A program made the position numbers and the translations under genes. Under the pieces are notes generated by a model. The model had not been told where the DNA came from, did no database searches, and was given only the letters and a program-made list of their open reading frames with translations. Positions 11,147 through 24,244 of a stretch of 41,083 nucleotides of DNA are shown here, in pieces. Source of the DNA: Octopus bimaculoides (lineage: Eukaryota); assembly GCF_001194135.2 (NCBI RefSeq), contig NC_068984.1, positions 94,539,120 to 94,580,202 of the forward strand. The letters are read 5' to 3'. Numbering within the stretch: position 1 is the stretch's first letter; each line of letters opens with the position of its first letter.

Positions 11147-11975
11147 GATGTAGGTGTGTTGTAAGAAGTTTACTCCCCAACCACATAGGTTTGGGTTCAG
11201 TCCCACTGCGTGACATTTTGGACAAGTGTTTTCCACTATAACCATGTGCCAACTGAAGCCTTGTGAGTGGATTTCGTAGAAGGAAACTGAAAGAAGCCCA
11301 TTGTATATACTCTTTTACTCTTTTATTTGTTTCAGTCATTTGACTGTGGCCATGCTGGAGCACCACCTTTAGTTGAGCAAATCGACCCCAAGACTTATTC
11401 TTTGTAAGCCTAGTACTTATTTTATCAGTCTCTTTTGCCGAACTGCTAAGTTACAGGGATGTAAACACACCAGCATCAGTTGTCAAGCGATGATGGGGGA
11501 ACAAACACAGACACACAAACATATACACACACATACATATATATACATATATTTACGATGGGCTTCTTTCAGTTTCTGTCTACCAAATCCACTCACAAGG
11601 CTTTGGTCAGCGCCCGAGGCTATAGCAGAAGACACTTGCCCAAGGTGTCACGCAGTGTGACTGAACCCAGAACCATGTGGTTGGTAAGCAAACTACTTAC
11701 CACACAGCCACTCCTGCGCCTATACATATATATGTGTGTGTGTGTGTGTGTGTGTTTCTTTGTGTCTATGTTGGTTTCCCACCACCGCTTGACAGCTGGT
11801 GTTGGTGTTTGCTTTTTTACATCCCCATCAGCTAGTGATTTAGCAAAAAGAAACTGAGAGAATAAGTACTAGACTTTAAAAAAAGAAGTATTGGCATTGT
11901 TTCATTCAACTAGCAAATTCTTCAAGCAGTACCCCAGCATGGCTACAGTCTAATAACTGAAACACATAAAAGATC
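11147..11975 (+). mobile_element. Older full-length bipartite SINE, split by a nested copy
   Basis: Head at 11147-11305, (TG)n linker at about 11726-11760, 3' half at 11760-11975 ending GAAACACATAAAAGA. Confidence 0.75.
11311..11720 (-). mobile_element. Younger full-length SINE of the same family, inserted in reverse orientation
   Basis: Minus strand starts GGCGCAGGAGTGGCTGTGTGGTAAG and ends in an AAAAGAGTAAAAGA tail. Flanked by TATAC at 11306-11310 and 11721-11725 (candidate TSD). Confidence 0.85.
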
Positions 11976-13149
11976 ACTGTTGCAAGCAAAAATTGTACAA
12001 TTAATGAATGTTTCATTGTATATGGGGTCTGAGAGGTGGGTGGGAGACCACTTCAGTGTATTCTTCTATAAAATCCCTGTAAATGCTTCACTTTTAGGGC
12101 TACCAGAAGTTATCTTTGGATTGATTGTTAATTGTTAGATATTCTATTTCTCTCAATCAAACAAATCAGTTCTCTTTTATGTGTATGTTGCAGCTATTGC
12201 CTTGATATACAGAACTCTAAGCCCACTCTATAGAATACCTTCACATTGTTTTAATTTATAATAAGAATTGAACAAGTTATAGCTGCTGAATCTGTTTTTA
12301 GTTTTTTTAACTATTGTATTATTTTTCTAAACTTAGCTTGAAATTCATGTTTTGAAATCGAGTGGTTAGTATTTGGTAAAGTATTGCTCTATTAGTTACT
12401 TGACAAGTAATAAACTTACAGATTAATATCTGTAAGTTTATTTTCCCTTCACTGTATAACATTAAACATACCTTAAGGATGAAAAGATAATAACTTTCCT
12501 GTTAACTAATGTCAAAACTATTGCTGGTACTATAGATTTGAACATGATTCAAGTGTCTGTTTTGTTCTCGGTTCAGTGATGCTTCAAGTTATTTAGATGA
12601 TAGTACATCTAAGGAAATTAATGTGCAAAAGTCTAGCATTCTATCCAGATATATTTATCACATCTGTCAAATGCTCTGAAAACATGATAGAAATCTATGA
12701 ATCCTTTAGAGTCCATGAAACAATCAATTAAAAAAGTTGATATATTCTAGAATTATTAAACTTCATGGTATACAACACCAGTGAAATTAATGATTATGGT
12801 TGAAAATGTCAGACAAGTTCAAGATTTTGTACATTTCATATTTATAAATAGTGAAAATCAAGATATGCTTGTTGGAAGTATTAAGCTTATGGTTCCCCTG
12901 TGTCCATTTTAATGTCCCTTTTTCCCATGTTAGCATGAGTTGAATAAATTATTATTGAGGCATCATTTTACTGCTGGATACTCTTCCTGTCACTGACAAA
13001 TGACAATTACATCTTCTCAAAATCTGTAGTACAGCACTACAGTATGGTTTGTTAGCTGGGAATGTCAACATAATGTCACTTTTTTTGCTAAAATGGTTTC
13101 TTGTGAACTGCAGGATGTAAACATTCACAGATACACATATATACATACA

Positions 13150-13620
13150 GATGGACGCCGACAGCTCCATAAAGAAGTGTTGTTCACTCAAAGTGGATGG
13201 AACTCATAGTAGAGGGAGACCCAGGAAGATATGGGACAAAGTACTGAAGGACAACCTCAGAACGCTGAGCCTTTTGGATGGGATAACAAAGGACTGAGAT
13301 ACCAGACATCTTTCTGTACTAAAGAAGACCTGCCCTCCACAGCAGAAGTGTTAAGGCCCCTGATGAAGAGGACTGGCCTGCAAGAGTCCTGTTCTGGTGC
13401 CACATAAAAAGCACTTGTGCTGGTGCTAGTGTCATGTTAAAAGCACCCAGCACACACTGTAAAGTGGCTGGTTTTAGGAAGGGCACCAAACCTTAGAAAC
13501 CAAGCCAAATGAGACTGCAGCTCTTTGGCTTGCCAGCTCTGGTCAAACCAGCCAACCCATGCCAGCAGGAAAACAGATGTTAAAGGATGATGATACATAC
13601 ATGTATATCATCATCATTAT
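13150..13620 (+). mobile_element. Short 5'-truncated RTE LINE 3' end
   Basis: Translates MDADSSIKKCCSLKVDGTHSRGRPRKIWDKV, the RTE C-terminus also seen in copy 1, followed by 3' UTR and a GATGAT tail. Confidence 0.75.
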
Positions 13621-13974
13621 CATCACCATGTGTACTTTTCCATGCTTGCATGGATCAGATGAGACTACATATGGGCATAGTTTTTCTACATCCAAATGTT
13701 CTTGCCAACACCAACTTCACCTGTTTCCCAGCAAGGTAATAATCCCCCGGTCTATTGAACAGCAAAAGACCCAGACTAATGGAGAAATGCAAAAAACTGG
13801 AAGTAAATGATGCCTGCTACATGAAAGGTGAAACTTTCGTTTACAATCAGTGAACACAAATGAAGATTAGAGGAAATACAAACATACTCATGCACACATA
13901 CACACTTGCATACATATATGTGTGTGTGTGTGCATGTGTATACACACACACACACACATATATATTATATCATC

Positions 13975-14115
13975 ATTGGCGTTAGGAAGGGCATCCAGAA
14001 ACTCTGCCAAATCAGATTGGAGCCTGGTGTAGCCATCCGGTTTTACCAGTCCTCAGTCGAATCGTCCAACCCATGCTAGCATGGAAAGCGGACGTTAAAT
14101 GATGATGATGATGAT
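13975..14115 (+). mobile_element. RTE-type 3' tail fragment
   Basis: GTTAGGAAGGGCATCCAG...CCAACCCATGCTAGCATGGAAAGCGGACGTTAAATGATGATG, the same tail as copy 1. Confidence 0.8.
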
Positions 14116-14119
14116 TTAA

Positions 14120-16668
14120 CCCTTTTGTTACTTAGCCGGCCGAAAAATTTTTTGGTTCATAAGACCAAGCCGGCCGAGAGTACCTTATTGTTATTTAAAT
14201 GTAAATTCAAACCCAAATCTCATTAGTACATTCGTTAAAACACGTGATTTCACTTTGCAAACAGTTGAGTTATTGTATCCGACATTGTTTGGCGTGATAT
14301 TTGAACTCAGTGAATTTTGGAAGATTTTTTTCTACATTTTTTGCGGCATTAATTTTTTTCAACTTTGAAGATGGAGAGGAGTTTCATGCTATCAAGCAGT
14401 GATTCCGAATTTGAAGGTTTTTCAACCGAAGATATGGAGATATCGAAGAAAAGAATGAATCAGCTACAAAAGCATGTGGTGAAAGATAATGAATCGGATA
14501 TTTTTGTATCCGAAACTGAAAGCAGCAATTCTGAAAGCAGCGACAGCGACAGCGAGGATGATTTTACACCAGAATGGAGTAAAGATTTTAAAAATATTTT
14601 TATTAACAATTTTTCTGAGGAGACAGGGTCTACCCATAGTCTTTCTCAGGAAGCAAAACCTTTAGACTTCTTTTTCTTATTTTTACCAGCATGCTTGTTT
14701 GATATGATTACTGCGGAAACAAACCGTTATGTAGAATGTAAACAAGCCGGAAAAAAAGATAGCTTGTGGTTTCCTGCAACCGTAGATGAAATACGGGCAT
14801 TTTTTGCCATAAATATTATTATGGGTATTAGACAATTACCCAGAATAACAAATTACTGGAGCAATCAGGAACCTTTTGGTGATGAATATGTTTCCAGTAT
14901 TATGACCCGAATACGATTCATGAAGCTGAACCAATATTTACATGTGAGAGACACTAGCAGTACCCCAGTATGTGGAGAACCAAGCTTTGATACCTTATTT
15001 AAAATAAGACCCCTCATCGACTGCATTCAAAATGCATATAAAACATTTTACAGGCCTGAGAGATACTTATCCGTCGATGAGGGCATGGTGGGGTATATAA
15101 GAAGAGTACGTTTCCGACAGTATATGCCAGGAAAGCCCACAAAATAGGGGATCAAAGTTTGGAAAATTTGTGAAGCAAATACTGGGTACTGCTGTGGATT
15201 TAGCTTTTATACAGGAAAAAGAGACAATAATGTTAGTCAGCATGGCCTAGGGTACGATGTGGTCTGGAATTTATCACGTCCATACCATAACCAGGGCCGT
15301 ATATTATTTTTTGACCGATTTTTTAGTTCGGTCAAACTTGCGGTGGATTTAGAAGCTGTGGAAACGTATACATGTGCTACAATAATGGCTAAGTAGAAAA
15401 GGCTGCCATTGGATAAAAAGAAAAGCAAAATTAAAAAAAAAAGGTGAAATAATCCAACGGCAGAAAGGAAATCTGCTAGCAACCACATACAGAGATAAGA
15501 GGCAGATAAATTTTCTATCTACCAGTGCACAACCATGTGTAGATGAAAATGGCACTCCGTTTGTGAACCTTGATTATAACAGGTACATGGGTGGTGTCGA
15601 TCGGCTGAACCAGATAATGAGTTGGTAGACCGGGTAGTAAATGGTGGTGATACCTGGTTTGGTATATAGTAAACATGAGCATTGTAAATGCATTCATATT
15701 ATATACCAAATCAGGAGGGGTTCGCAAGCGGTGTGACCATCTGCAGTTCTGAGCAGATGTTGCAACGCAGTTGAGGGCAGGTTATTCCTCCAAAAAAATA
15801 ACTGCAGGAAGGAAAAGCAAAGCCTACCAGAGAGATATCCCTCTGAGTTCAGCTGATCTACATAAATTAGAAAAAATCGGGGGTCGCAAAAGGCAGTGCC
15901 ATGAATGTCTACATCAACAAAGAAAAACTCCCAGTGGACGGCCAGTTGAAACGTCTTTCCAATGTGCATTCTGCAAGGTTGCAGTATGTAGAGTGGGATG
16001 TTTTATAACTTTCCATGATAGAAATATTGTGTAAATATTTTTTGTATATATATACAATAAGATTGTATAAATAGTTTTCAAATTTACTTAGTTTTACTTT
16101 TTATTTTAATTTACCTGTAAGGTGAGTGACAAGTTTTGATTTAATTTCTATTGTACATCTTTATTATATATGTTCCTGTGTATTTATGTATGTGTGTGAG
16201 TATATTTCATTTAGTTGTATTCAATTTTCTAGTTTTCTTCAAAAACAAATTCCAGTATTTCAGTTTATTTTACCTTTATGGTACACCTGTTCTTCTGTGC
16301 ATTAAATTCAATTGATAATCTAGTGATGTGCACAAGTCTTCTATATCAAAATTTTGTTGCATACCCAATTAAATATTAGCTGATGACACATTTTCTATGG
16401 TAATATTTAAACAAAATTTTAATATTTTTACATTTTGCTCAGTTTACCTGGATTTACCTGTAATTAGAGTCACTTTGAGACAAAAATTATGCAATAGAAT
16501 TGATTAAGAACCCTTTCTTCAATTATGTTCCAAATATCACATTAATATATTGATAAATAAAAAAGTTACAGGTGTTTAATGAGACTAGTCAAAAATTCAT
16601 GATTATTTTAGAATTTAATTGAAACTCATGAGGGGTGTATTTTGGTCAGAAATATAGTAACGAAAGGG
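14120..16668 (+). mobile_element. piggyBac DNA transposon with both termini intact
   Basis: TTAA at 14116-14119 and 16669-16672. TIRs CCCTTTTGTTACT (14120-14132) and AGTAACGAAAGGG (16656-16668), one mismatch. 2549 bp. Confidence 0.95.
14371..16034 (+). pseudogene. piggyBac (PGBD4-like) transposase pseudogene
   Basis: Acidic N-terminus; LSVDEGMV, LFFDRFFSS and YMGGVDRLNQ catalytic motifs; C-terminal Cys-rich domain CHEC...CAFCKVAVCRVGCFITFH. Broken by TAG at 15145-15147 (KPTK*GIKVW), further stops and frameshifts. Confidence 0.92.
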
Positions 16669-16672
16669 TTAA

Positions 16673-17280
16673 TGCCCCTTTTCTCATACTGGCATCAGTT
16701 GGATAGTCTGACATGAACAAACAAGCCCAAGAGCTGCACCATATTCTAGTGTCTACTTTGGAATTGTTTCTACAACTGGATACCCTTCCTAAAACAAACC
16801 ACTGTACAAAGTGTACTGAGTGCATTTTACATGGCTATCAGCACTAGTGAGATAACCAAGTATCTGCAAGATAAGACCCCTCTACTCAGTGGGATATAGA
16901 ATTGAGGGCTAAACTAGCACAGAGGGATAGGAGTAGGTGTTTTGCTGAAGAGGTAAATACATGGCTTGCCCATCTGGAAAAGATAGAGAGAGAGAGAAAG
17001 AGAGATGTGAGGTCAGGGTACAAGGTGAATATGGCAGACAGGATAGAAAAGAAGAAAAAATGGATGTATAGGTAAGTGTGCTGAGTGAGAATAGTGTGAC
17101 AGATAATTAGAGATAGGGAATGAGTTGGATGTGGAGAATATCAGTTCTGTAGAGGGTAAATGAATGAAGGAAATAGGTTATACAGAAGATTCATAGAAGA
17201 ATGGGTGTCAGAAGATGAGTTGTAGGGAGAGGCTTAACAGAACCTCATTTTTCACTCAGCACATTTGTACCTTGTTGTAC
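16673..17280 (-). mobile_element. Decayed RTE-type 3' UTR and tail in reverse orientation
   Basis: Begins with a degenerate reverse tail (...CATACTGGCATCAGTTGGATAGTCTGAC...CAACTGGATACCCTTCCTAA). The purine-rich stretch resembles the complement of the pyrimidine-rich 3' UTRs at about 22000-22600 and 40200-40700. Confidence 0.5.
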
Positions 17281-17718
17281 ATGTGCAATGATGTTCTCTA
17301 ATTTCCCACTCTGGTATAGTACTCCATTTTTTTTTATAAATCCTCGATTAAAATTTCATATTCCACAACCCCAAACTTGGGATTCATAATTACCACTTCT
17401 AATAGGTGCAAGCTCAGTAATTGATGGTGGAGTTTCATAACCAGTATTTGTTTTTAAAAGGGAAGAGTATTTTTCAAGATAATGTTGATGTCAAATAGGT
17501 GCAAGCCACCTAATTGCAAACCCTGAGAATCACTGATCAGGTTTCCACTTTAACCAAGTTAATACCATACTGTAATCCTGGAAAATCCCACCCTCTACCA
17601 TAACAATCACTTGGACACCATAGAATTAGCATTAACACAAGGAACTATGGTGAAACAAATATGAAACATCATCACCTTGACTCCTATACTCCTAGAGACA
17701 ATTTAAACACTTGATCAG

Positions 17719-18388
17719 TCAATCAATGCTTATAGTTCCTCTCTCCCACTAGACTTGTTGTTTACTCAACCCTCATTGCTTATATGTTTATATGATAAAT
17801 ATGCCATTTAGTGTGTATCTATGTATAAATATTGTGTTAATAATAATAATATTGCATTAATAATAATTGTATTAAAAATAACGATAATAAATATTATTGT
17901 ATTGTAGTAATAATAATAATTAAATATTAAAATTTATCGTAAGTCTTGTATGCAGATAATAATTAGAATACTAAGCAACATGGGGGAACTATTGTAATTC
18001 TTTGCGTAGTTTCTCTGTCACAGCAGCCATTAACATATTTAAGGAATAGTTTTGGTAAACATCATTCAGTTTTGGCTGTCACCTTGTTCGCGAAACTTCA
18101 GCTAAATTTTTATCTATTTCATTTTATTCAAATGTGACTCTCTCAATCAATGCTTACAATTCCTCTCTCAACAGCTCCCCCACCCTAGAAATGTTGTTCA
18201 CTCAATCCTCATTGCTTATATGTTTATATGATAAATATGCCATTTAGTGTGTATCTATGTATAAATATTGTATTATTTGTAATAATAATAATAAAATATT
18301 AAAATTGTGTGGTTCGCAGATAATTAGAATTGTAAACAACATGGGGGAGCTATTGTAATTTTCTGTGTAGTTTCTGTCATAGTCGCCC
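17719..18388. repeat. Diverged direct repeat pair (about 17719-18027 and 18143-18388)
   Basis: Both copies start TCAATCAATGCTTA, end ...ATGGGGGARCTATTGTAATT..., and share an identical 65-bp core. Confidence 0.85.
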
Positions 18389-18529
18389 TCCCACCCTACC
18401 CTTTCAATCTAAACATGCATGACTTGCTTCCCTAGCTACTCATACTCCTGTTCTGAGAGTAGAGATCCCCCCTCTTTGTACCCATATACCTGTGTGTTTG
18501 CACCTGTTAAAGTACTGTATACATGTAGG

Positions 18530-18870
18530 TATGTGCTTATGTGGACTCTATATTTGTATATGTGTATGCAAATGTATGTGCTTGTGGGTATGTATTTATA
18601 TATCTAAGTGTATGTCTGTGTAGGCTGCATGTGCATATGTATGTGTATGTGTATGTATATATATGTGTGTGTGTGTATGTGGTTATATGTGATCTTAGTG
18701 TTTGCATATGTGGACTGCATGTGTATATATGTGATCTTAGTGTTTGCATATGTGGACTGCATGTATATATATGGATATAGGTGTTTGTGTAAGTAGGTAA
18801 ATGCATAAATGTAGATATGTGTGTTTATATATTTATATGTATGTATGTATGTATGTATGTGTATATAAAC
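18530..18870. repeat. Low-complexity (TG/TA) region with a 42-bp-period tandem duplication
   Basis: TATATGTGATCTTAGTGTTTGCATATGTGGACTGCATG occurs twice at about 18683-18762. Confidence 0.85.
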
Positions 18871-19089
18871 ATGTAAGACTGATATTGTGCTGTGTAGTGT
18901 TTGTGTCTCCCTACCTCTCTTCCTTGTCAGTCTATGTGACCCACTTTTATGCCCTCTTTCCCTCTCTCCTTTTTGTCCCTTATTAGGGACGCTGTATGGG
19001 ATTGAGGAAATTGTAATTCAATTGAATTGAATAGGCTATGTATAAAAACACTATGCCATCTGGCAAGCATTTGCACAGATCTTCTTTTC

Positions 19090-22000
19090 AGGTACTAACA
19101 AAAGACTCACAGCAACTGCCTAGGCCACTACCATCAACATTGGCACAATGAAAGGTAGGTCTGGTGAGATTATTGAAATGGTGGAGCATCGCCATGTCAA
19201 ATTCTTCTGGATAGGTAGGAGTGAGGGAGTGGGTAATGTGGGCATTTCTTAGCAGAAAAATTGGTGGATGGGGTAATTGAGGTAGTCAGAGTATGTGATA
19301 GGGTTATTAAGCTAAGATTTATCATAGATAAATTAACAGTTACATTTATCTCTGCTTATGCTCCACAAGCTGAGCTGGCTGATGACCAGAAGGACCAATT
19401 CTACGAGGTCGGTCTGCAGACTACCTCAACGACAAATGACAGAAACTGGGTTATTGTGGCTAGTGACTTTAATAGACATGTTGGGCAGCATTCCCATGAA
19501 TTCTATGAGGTGCATGGTGGTTATGGTTTTGGCCCCAGGAATGAGGAAGGAACAAGGCTACTGGAATTATGAGATGCAAATGATCTCATGATCTACAACA
19601 CTAACTTCAGTAAACCAGCCAGCCAGCCAGCCACCCAGTCACTTATCAGTCCAGGAGGCAACTAGATAGGCAGATGCTCACAAATGCAAAGTCTTTCCCA
19701 GGTGAAGAGTGTACACCCCAACATAAGCTATTAGTGACTTCAAAATTAGGGTTAGAAAGACTCGGAGAAATAAACTACACTGGACAAGGTTTATGGAAGC
19801 ACAAAGACTCAGTTAAGAAATTCAGAGACCCAGACGGAAATTCAGAGACATTCTACAAGAAGCCTCTAATGACAGAGAGCTGGAGGTAGAGACATGTAGC
19901 TTAGAAGGCAATTGGAAGTTCCTGCAGGACAATCTACTGAGGACTGCAGACCAAATCTGTGGCTGGTGCGAAGTCTCAGCTAGGCCACAGGTGACATGAT
20001 GGTGGACAGTACTATAGAAGGCCTGGAAAGATTGGAAAAACAGTAGAAACAAAATTATATCAGAAGGGAAGCTAAGCAACAGGTTTACATAGCAAAAGGA
20101 ATAGCTGAAGGCCAGAGGTTTGCTAATGTTCTACAGCACAAGGATTAGCAGCATGAGGTATTCAGGACTGCAAAGCAGTGTATCAGAGAGAATAGAGATG
20201 TGAGTGAGAAATGTGTGCAAATGGATAATGGTATGATTGCACTTAGTGACTCAGAGAAGATGTGTGAAAGTGCCACTAAATGGGGAAAATGAATGGGAGG
20301 AGGCAGTCTTTCAAATATTGAACTAATTAAAGGACCAGCCATCAGGTTTGATAACAGTATAATAGATAAGGCAATTAAGGATATGAAGACAGAAAAATCC
20401 CCCTGGACCATCAGCTATCACTGCCGAGATGATTAAAATATGCCACGGTGTGGGATACAGCCTAGTCACTCACATCGTTAATCAGGTTAATCAGGAAGGC
20501 ATTATCCCCAATGACTGGTGTAGCAGTATTGTTAGCTTTGATAGAAACAACTACAGAGGTATCAAACTGCTAGACCAGGTCATGAAAATTACAGAGAGAG
20601 TTATAACTCAATTGATTAGAAATAGAATTAAACTAGATAAGATGCAGTTTGGTTTTGTACCTTGGAGGAGTACCGCAGATGCCATCTCCCTATTGAGACC
20701 GCTACAGGAAAAGTATTTAGCCAAAAGTAAGCCATTATACTTGGCTTTTGTTGATCTGAAGAAAGTTTTTGACAGGGTCCTCTGCTCTGTTATATGGTGA
20801 TCTCTAGGAAAGCTTGGTGTAGAGGAATGGCTTGTTACAGCTGTACAAGCCATGTACAGAGGTGCTGTCAGTAAGGTAGAGTCAGCCATGAATATAGTGA
20901 TGAATTTAGCGTACAAGTAGGGGTTCACCAAGGCTCAGTTCTTTGTCCACTCTTATTCATCATAGTCTTCCAGGCCATAACAGAAGAATTCAAAACTGGA
21001 TGCTTGTGGGAACTATGATATGCTGATGACTTCACTCTTATTACAGAATCTGTGGTAAAGTTGGAGAAAAAATTCTGAGTATGGAACTAAAACCTGGAAT
21101 CAAAGGGCTTTGAAGTTAACCTAGCTAGGACCGAAGTTGTTATCAAGAAAGCAGACAAGACTCTCTTTCTGTCAGGGAAATGGCTCTGCTCAATATATAA
21201 GAAAGGGGTGGGAAGTAATTCCATTCGCTGCATCCAGTGTAAGGTATGGAGACAAGAGATGCAGTAGAATCATAAGTAAGACTAACAGATAAGGCTGCTT
21301 TCGTGTGTAGCAGATGTGCAGGAACAATAAGCACTAAGAGTACACAAGACTTAGACTCTCTCAAATGCTTAGGAGGCTCTCTTGAGGTAGTAGATATTCT
21401 GTTACTTAGGTGACCAAATTAATAATGGGGGTGGATGCTCTGAAAGTATTGTTTCTAAAATAAGAATAGGATGGTGGAAGTTCTGAGCACTACTACCTTT
21501 GTTGACAGAAGGACTCTCTCTCAGAGTGAAAGGTAGATTGTATGATGCTTGTGTATGAGTGGCTATACTCCATGGTTGTGAGAAGTGGGCTCTGAATGAA
21601 GAGGACATGCATAGACTAGGGAGGAATGAAGGCAGTATGCTCCACTGGATGTGTAGCATTAATGTGGATGAATGACTAAGTCCAAAGGTGTTGAGAGAAA
21701 TGTTGGGTATAAGAAGAATCAAATGCAGTGTGCAAGAGAGGAGGTTATGCTGGTTTGGACATGTGTTGTGTATAAATGAAGACTGCTGTATAAAGAAGTG
21801 TCTGTTACTGAAGGTGGATGGTACTTGTGGGAGAGACCCAGGAAGATATGGGAGGAAATGGTGAGGACTGATCTCAGGATATTGGGGTTCATGGAGGAAA
21901 TGACAATGGGCCAAGATGTCTGGTGATACAAAGTCTTAGACATGAACCACCCATGTCAGTGTACCTGAGCTCTAGAAGCTCCACCCACACAACAACAAAA

Positions 22001-22847
22001 AATTTCACAAACCAAACTACTTATACATCTCTCTCAAACTGTATCTCTTCTCTTCTCTTCCTCACATTTCCTCTTTGTACACTATGATTATCTCCCACCA
22101 CTCAATCCTGTCCTCGGTACTTTGCTCACTGTATTGTTGCTTCCTCACCTCTATATACCCATGTCCTCACCGGTCACAACATTCCCCACTCCCAACTTGT
22201 GCCTCTTGGCATCACCTGGCCACATATATAACGACTGCCATACCTTTGAAATATGCCACCATTTACCTCTCTCTTCTTTTACCATCCCATCTATGCTCTG
22301 ATCCCCATTTCTTGCAAGTATACCCTGGCACCTCGCCACAATCTGTCTCTTACACTTTTGCTGTATCTCTTCTACAGCAGTGCACCTGTTTCTGCCTTCA
22401 TTCTTGATCACTCTCTCTCTCTTTCCTTCACTTGCCTTTCTCCTTGGCTAGGTAACCATCTATCTCCTTTATAGCAGTGCACCTGTTCCTCCCCTCTTTC
22501 TTGTTAGCTCTCTATTTCTCTCTCTCTCTCTCTGGCTGGGCAACCAGGTACCTCCTCTATGAGACACCTGCTTCTTTCTCTGACATATGATCATCTCGTC
22601 CAATGCCCCCTCCCCTCTCAAAGATTCCTTGTTTTGCGAAGTTACTTCATGGCCCTGCAGTGAGGAGGTACTTAAAAAGTATCCAGCCCACACTGTAAAA
22701 TGGTTGGCATTTGGAAGGGTATCCAGCAGTAAAAACCATGCCAGAACAGACACAGAAGTCTGGTGCAGGCTTCTGTCTGGCCAGCTCCTGTCAAACCATC
22801 GAATCCATGCCAGAATGGAAGGCGGATATTAAATGATGATGATGATG

Positions 22848-22850
<3 letters not shown>
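19090..22850 (+). mobile_element. RTE-clade LINE copy 2, near full length, older and heavily decayed
   Basis: Endonuclease motifs (ISAYAPQ, VASDFNRHVG, RNEEGTRLLE), RT motifs (NYRGIKLLDQVMK, AFVDLKKVFDRV, *YADD), PHD-like relic, C-terminus, pyrimidine-rich 3' UTR and GATGAT tail at about 22835-22848. Confidence 0.88.
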
Positions 22851-22878
<28 letters not shown>

Positions 22879-23258
22879 GATCAAACAGTTTTGTTCAAAT
22901 TCGTTGGTACTCTTGAGTTTCTAGCATGATGCTAGTGGTCAGCCATTTTGAATCTGAATGAAAGAAGTTGATTGTTGTTACATGTAACTCTCAATAGATT
23001 GGTTGAGTGCCCTTCTTTCATTTGTCCACTCATTCATATGTGTGAAATTTGATTGATATGCCAATTTCACATGAAATTTAGTGCTCATCAGTAATGCTTA
23101 CTGCATTGAAGGTGGTGAAGTTAAATAGCCCATCATTATATATAGATTTTACCATAGGAATCAGTGGCTGATTCCACAAACTGGTAATGTGAAATTTATA
23201 AAATAATTAAGGTGGCCTCACATTTTAGTGATGATGAATTGATTGCTTATATATATAT

Positions 23259-23291
<33 letters not shown>

Positions 23292-23391
23292 NNNNNNNNN
23301 NNNNNNNNNNNNNNNNNNNNNNNNNNNNNNNNNNNNNNNNNNNNNNNNNNNNNNNNNNNNNNNNNNNNNNNNNNNNNNNNNNNNNNNNNNN
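23292..23391. other. Assembly gap (100 N) next to an (AT)n tract
   Basis: Run of N; true size unknown. Confidence 0.99.
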
Positions 23392-23499
23392 ATATCAATG
23401 ACTTAGAAGTAGACAGCTTGTTTATAACAACACAACTGAGAAACTCCAAATATATTTTGCTGAAATACTAAACTAAGTTGATATGATTAAAGAATCTAG

Positions 23500-23634
<135 letters not shown>

Positions 23635-24244
23635 TAAAAGCTTTTATCCTCCTCTTATGTGTGTGTGTATGTGTTCAGACATGTTTTTTATATTGCTTTT
23701 TGAGGTTGGGTTCTTTTTATGCATGTGGATGAATTTTTTGGAGATTATTTTTATACATGAAGTATTTAAACTTTTAAAGGTTACCCACATAAGATCCAGA
23801 TGAAAAAACAAAAGATCCATTTTTAAACAAATTTTTTTTTTGTTTACATACATGTCTTGTTCTAATAGTTAATTGTTATCATTTTATTCTGGTGAGCAGA
23901 GAAGTGAAAGACATAATTCTAAATTCCTTTTCATAACATATAATCTCAATAGTTATGCTGCTTTCCAGCTTGACCCTTGACAAATAATAGTAATTTGTCA
24001 TGCAAGCAATGGTATGTTCCTGTAATGCCGAAGTAACTGTCAGTTCTAGTATATGGAAATAAAATAGTTGTTTCTCACAAATGGTCGTATATGTTGATTG
24101 CCATTTTAGTTAATATATATATTGACTTCATTTGCTCTTGTTTTAACTCTTTTCCTTCCCACCCATTACTGCCTCCTCAATGATAGCTGTGCATGTTTTT
24201 GTTTCCTTCCTTACCCTTCCCTGGTAATTCAAACCCTTTCCTTA

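Noticed and set aside
13358-13395. CTGATGA followed by an AGGACT/AGTCCT stem as a hammerhead ribozyme
   Set aside because: No GAAA after the stem and no stems I or III could be identified.
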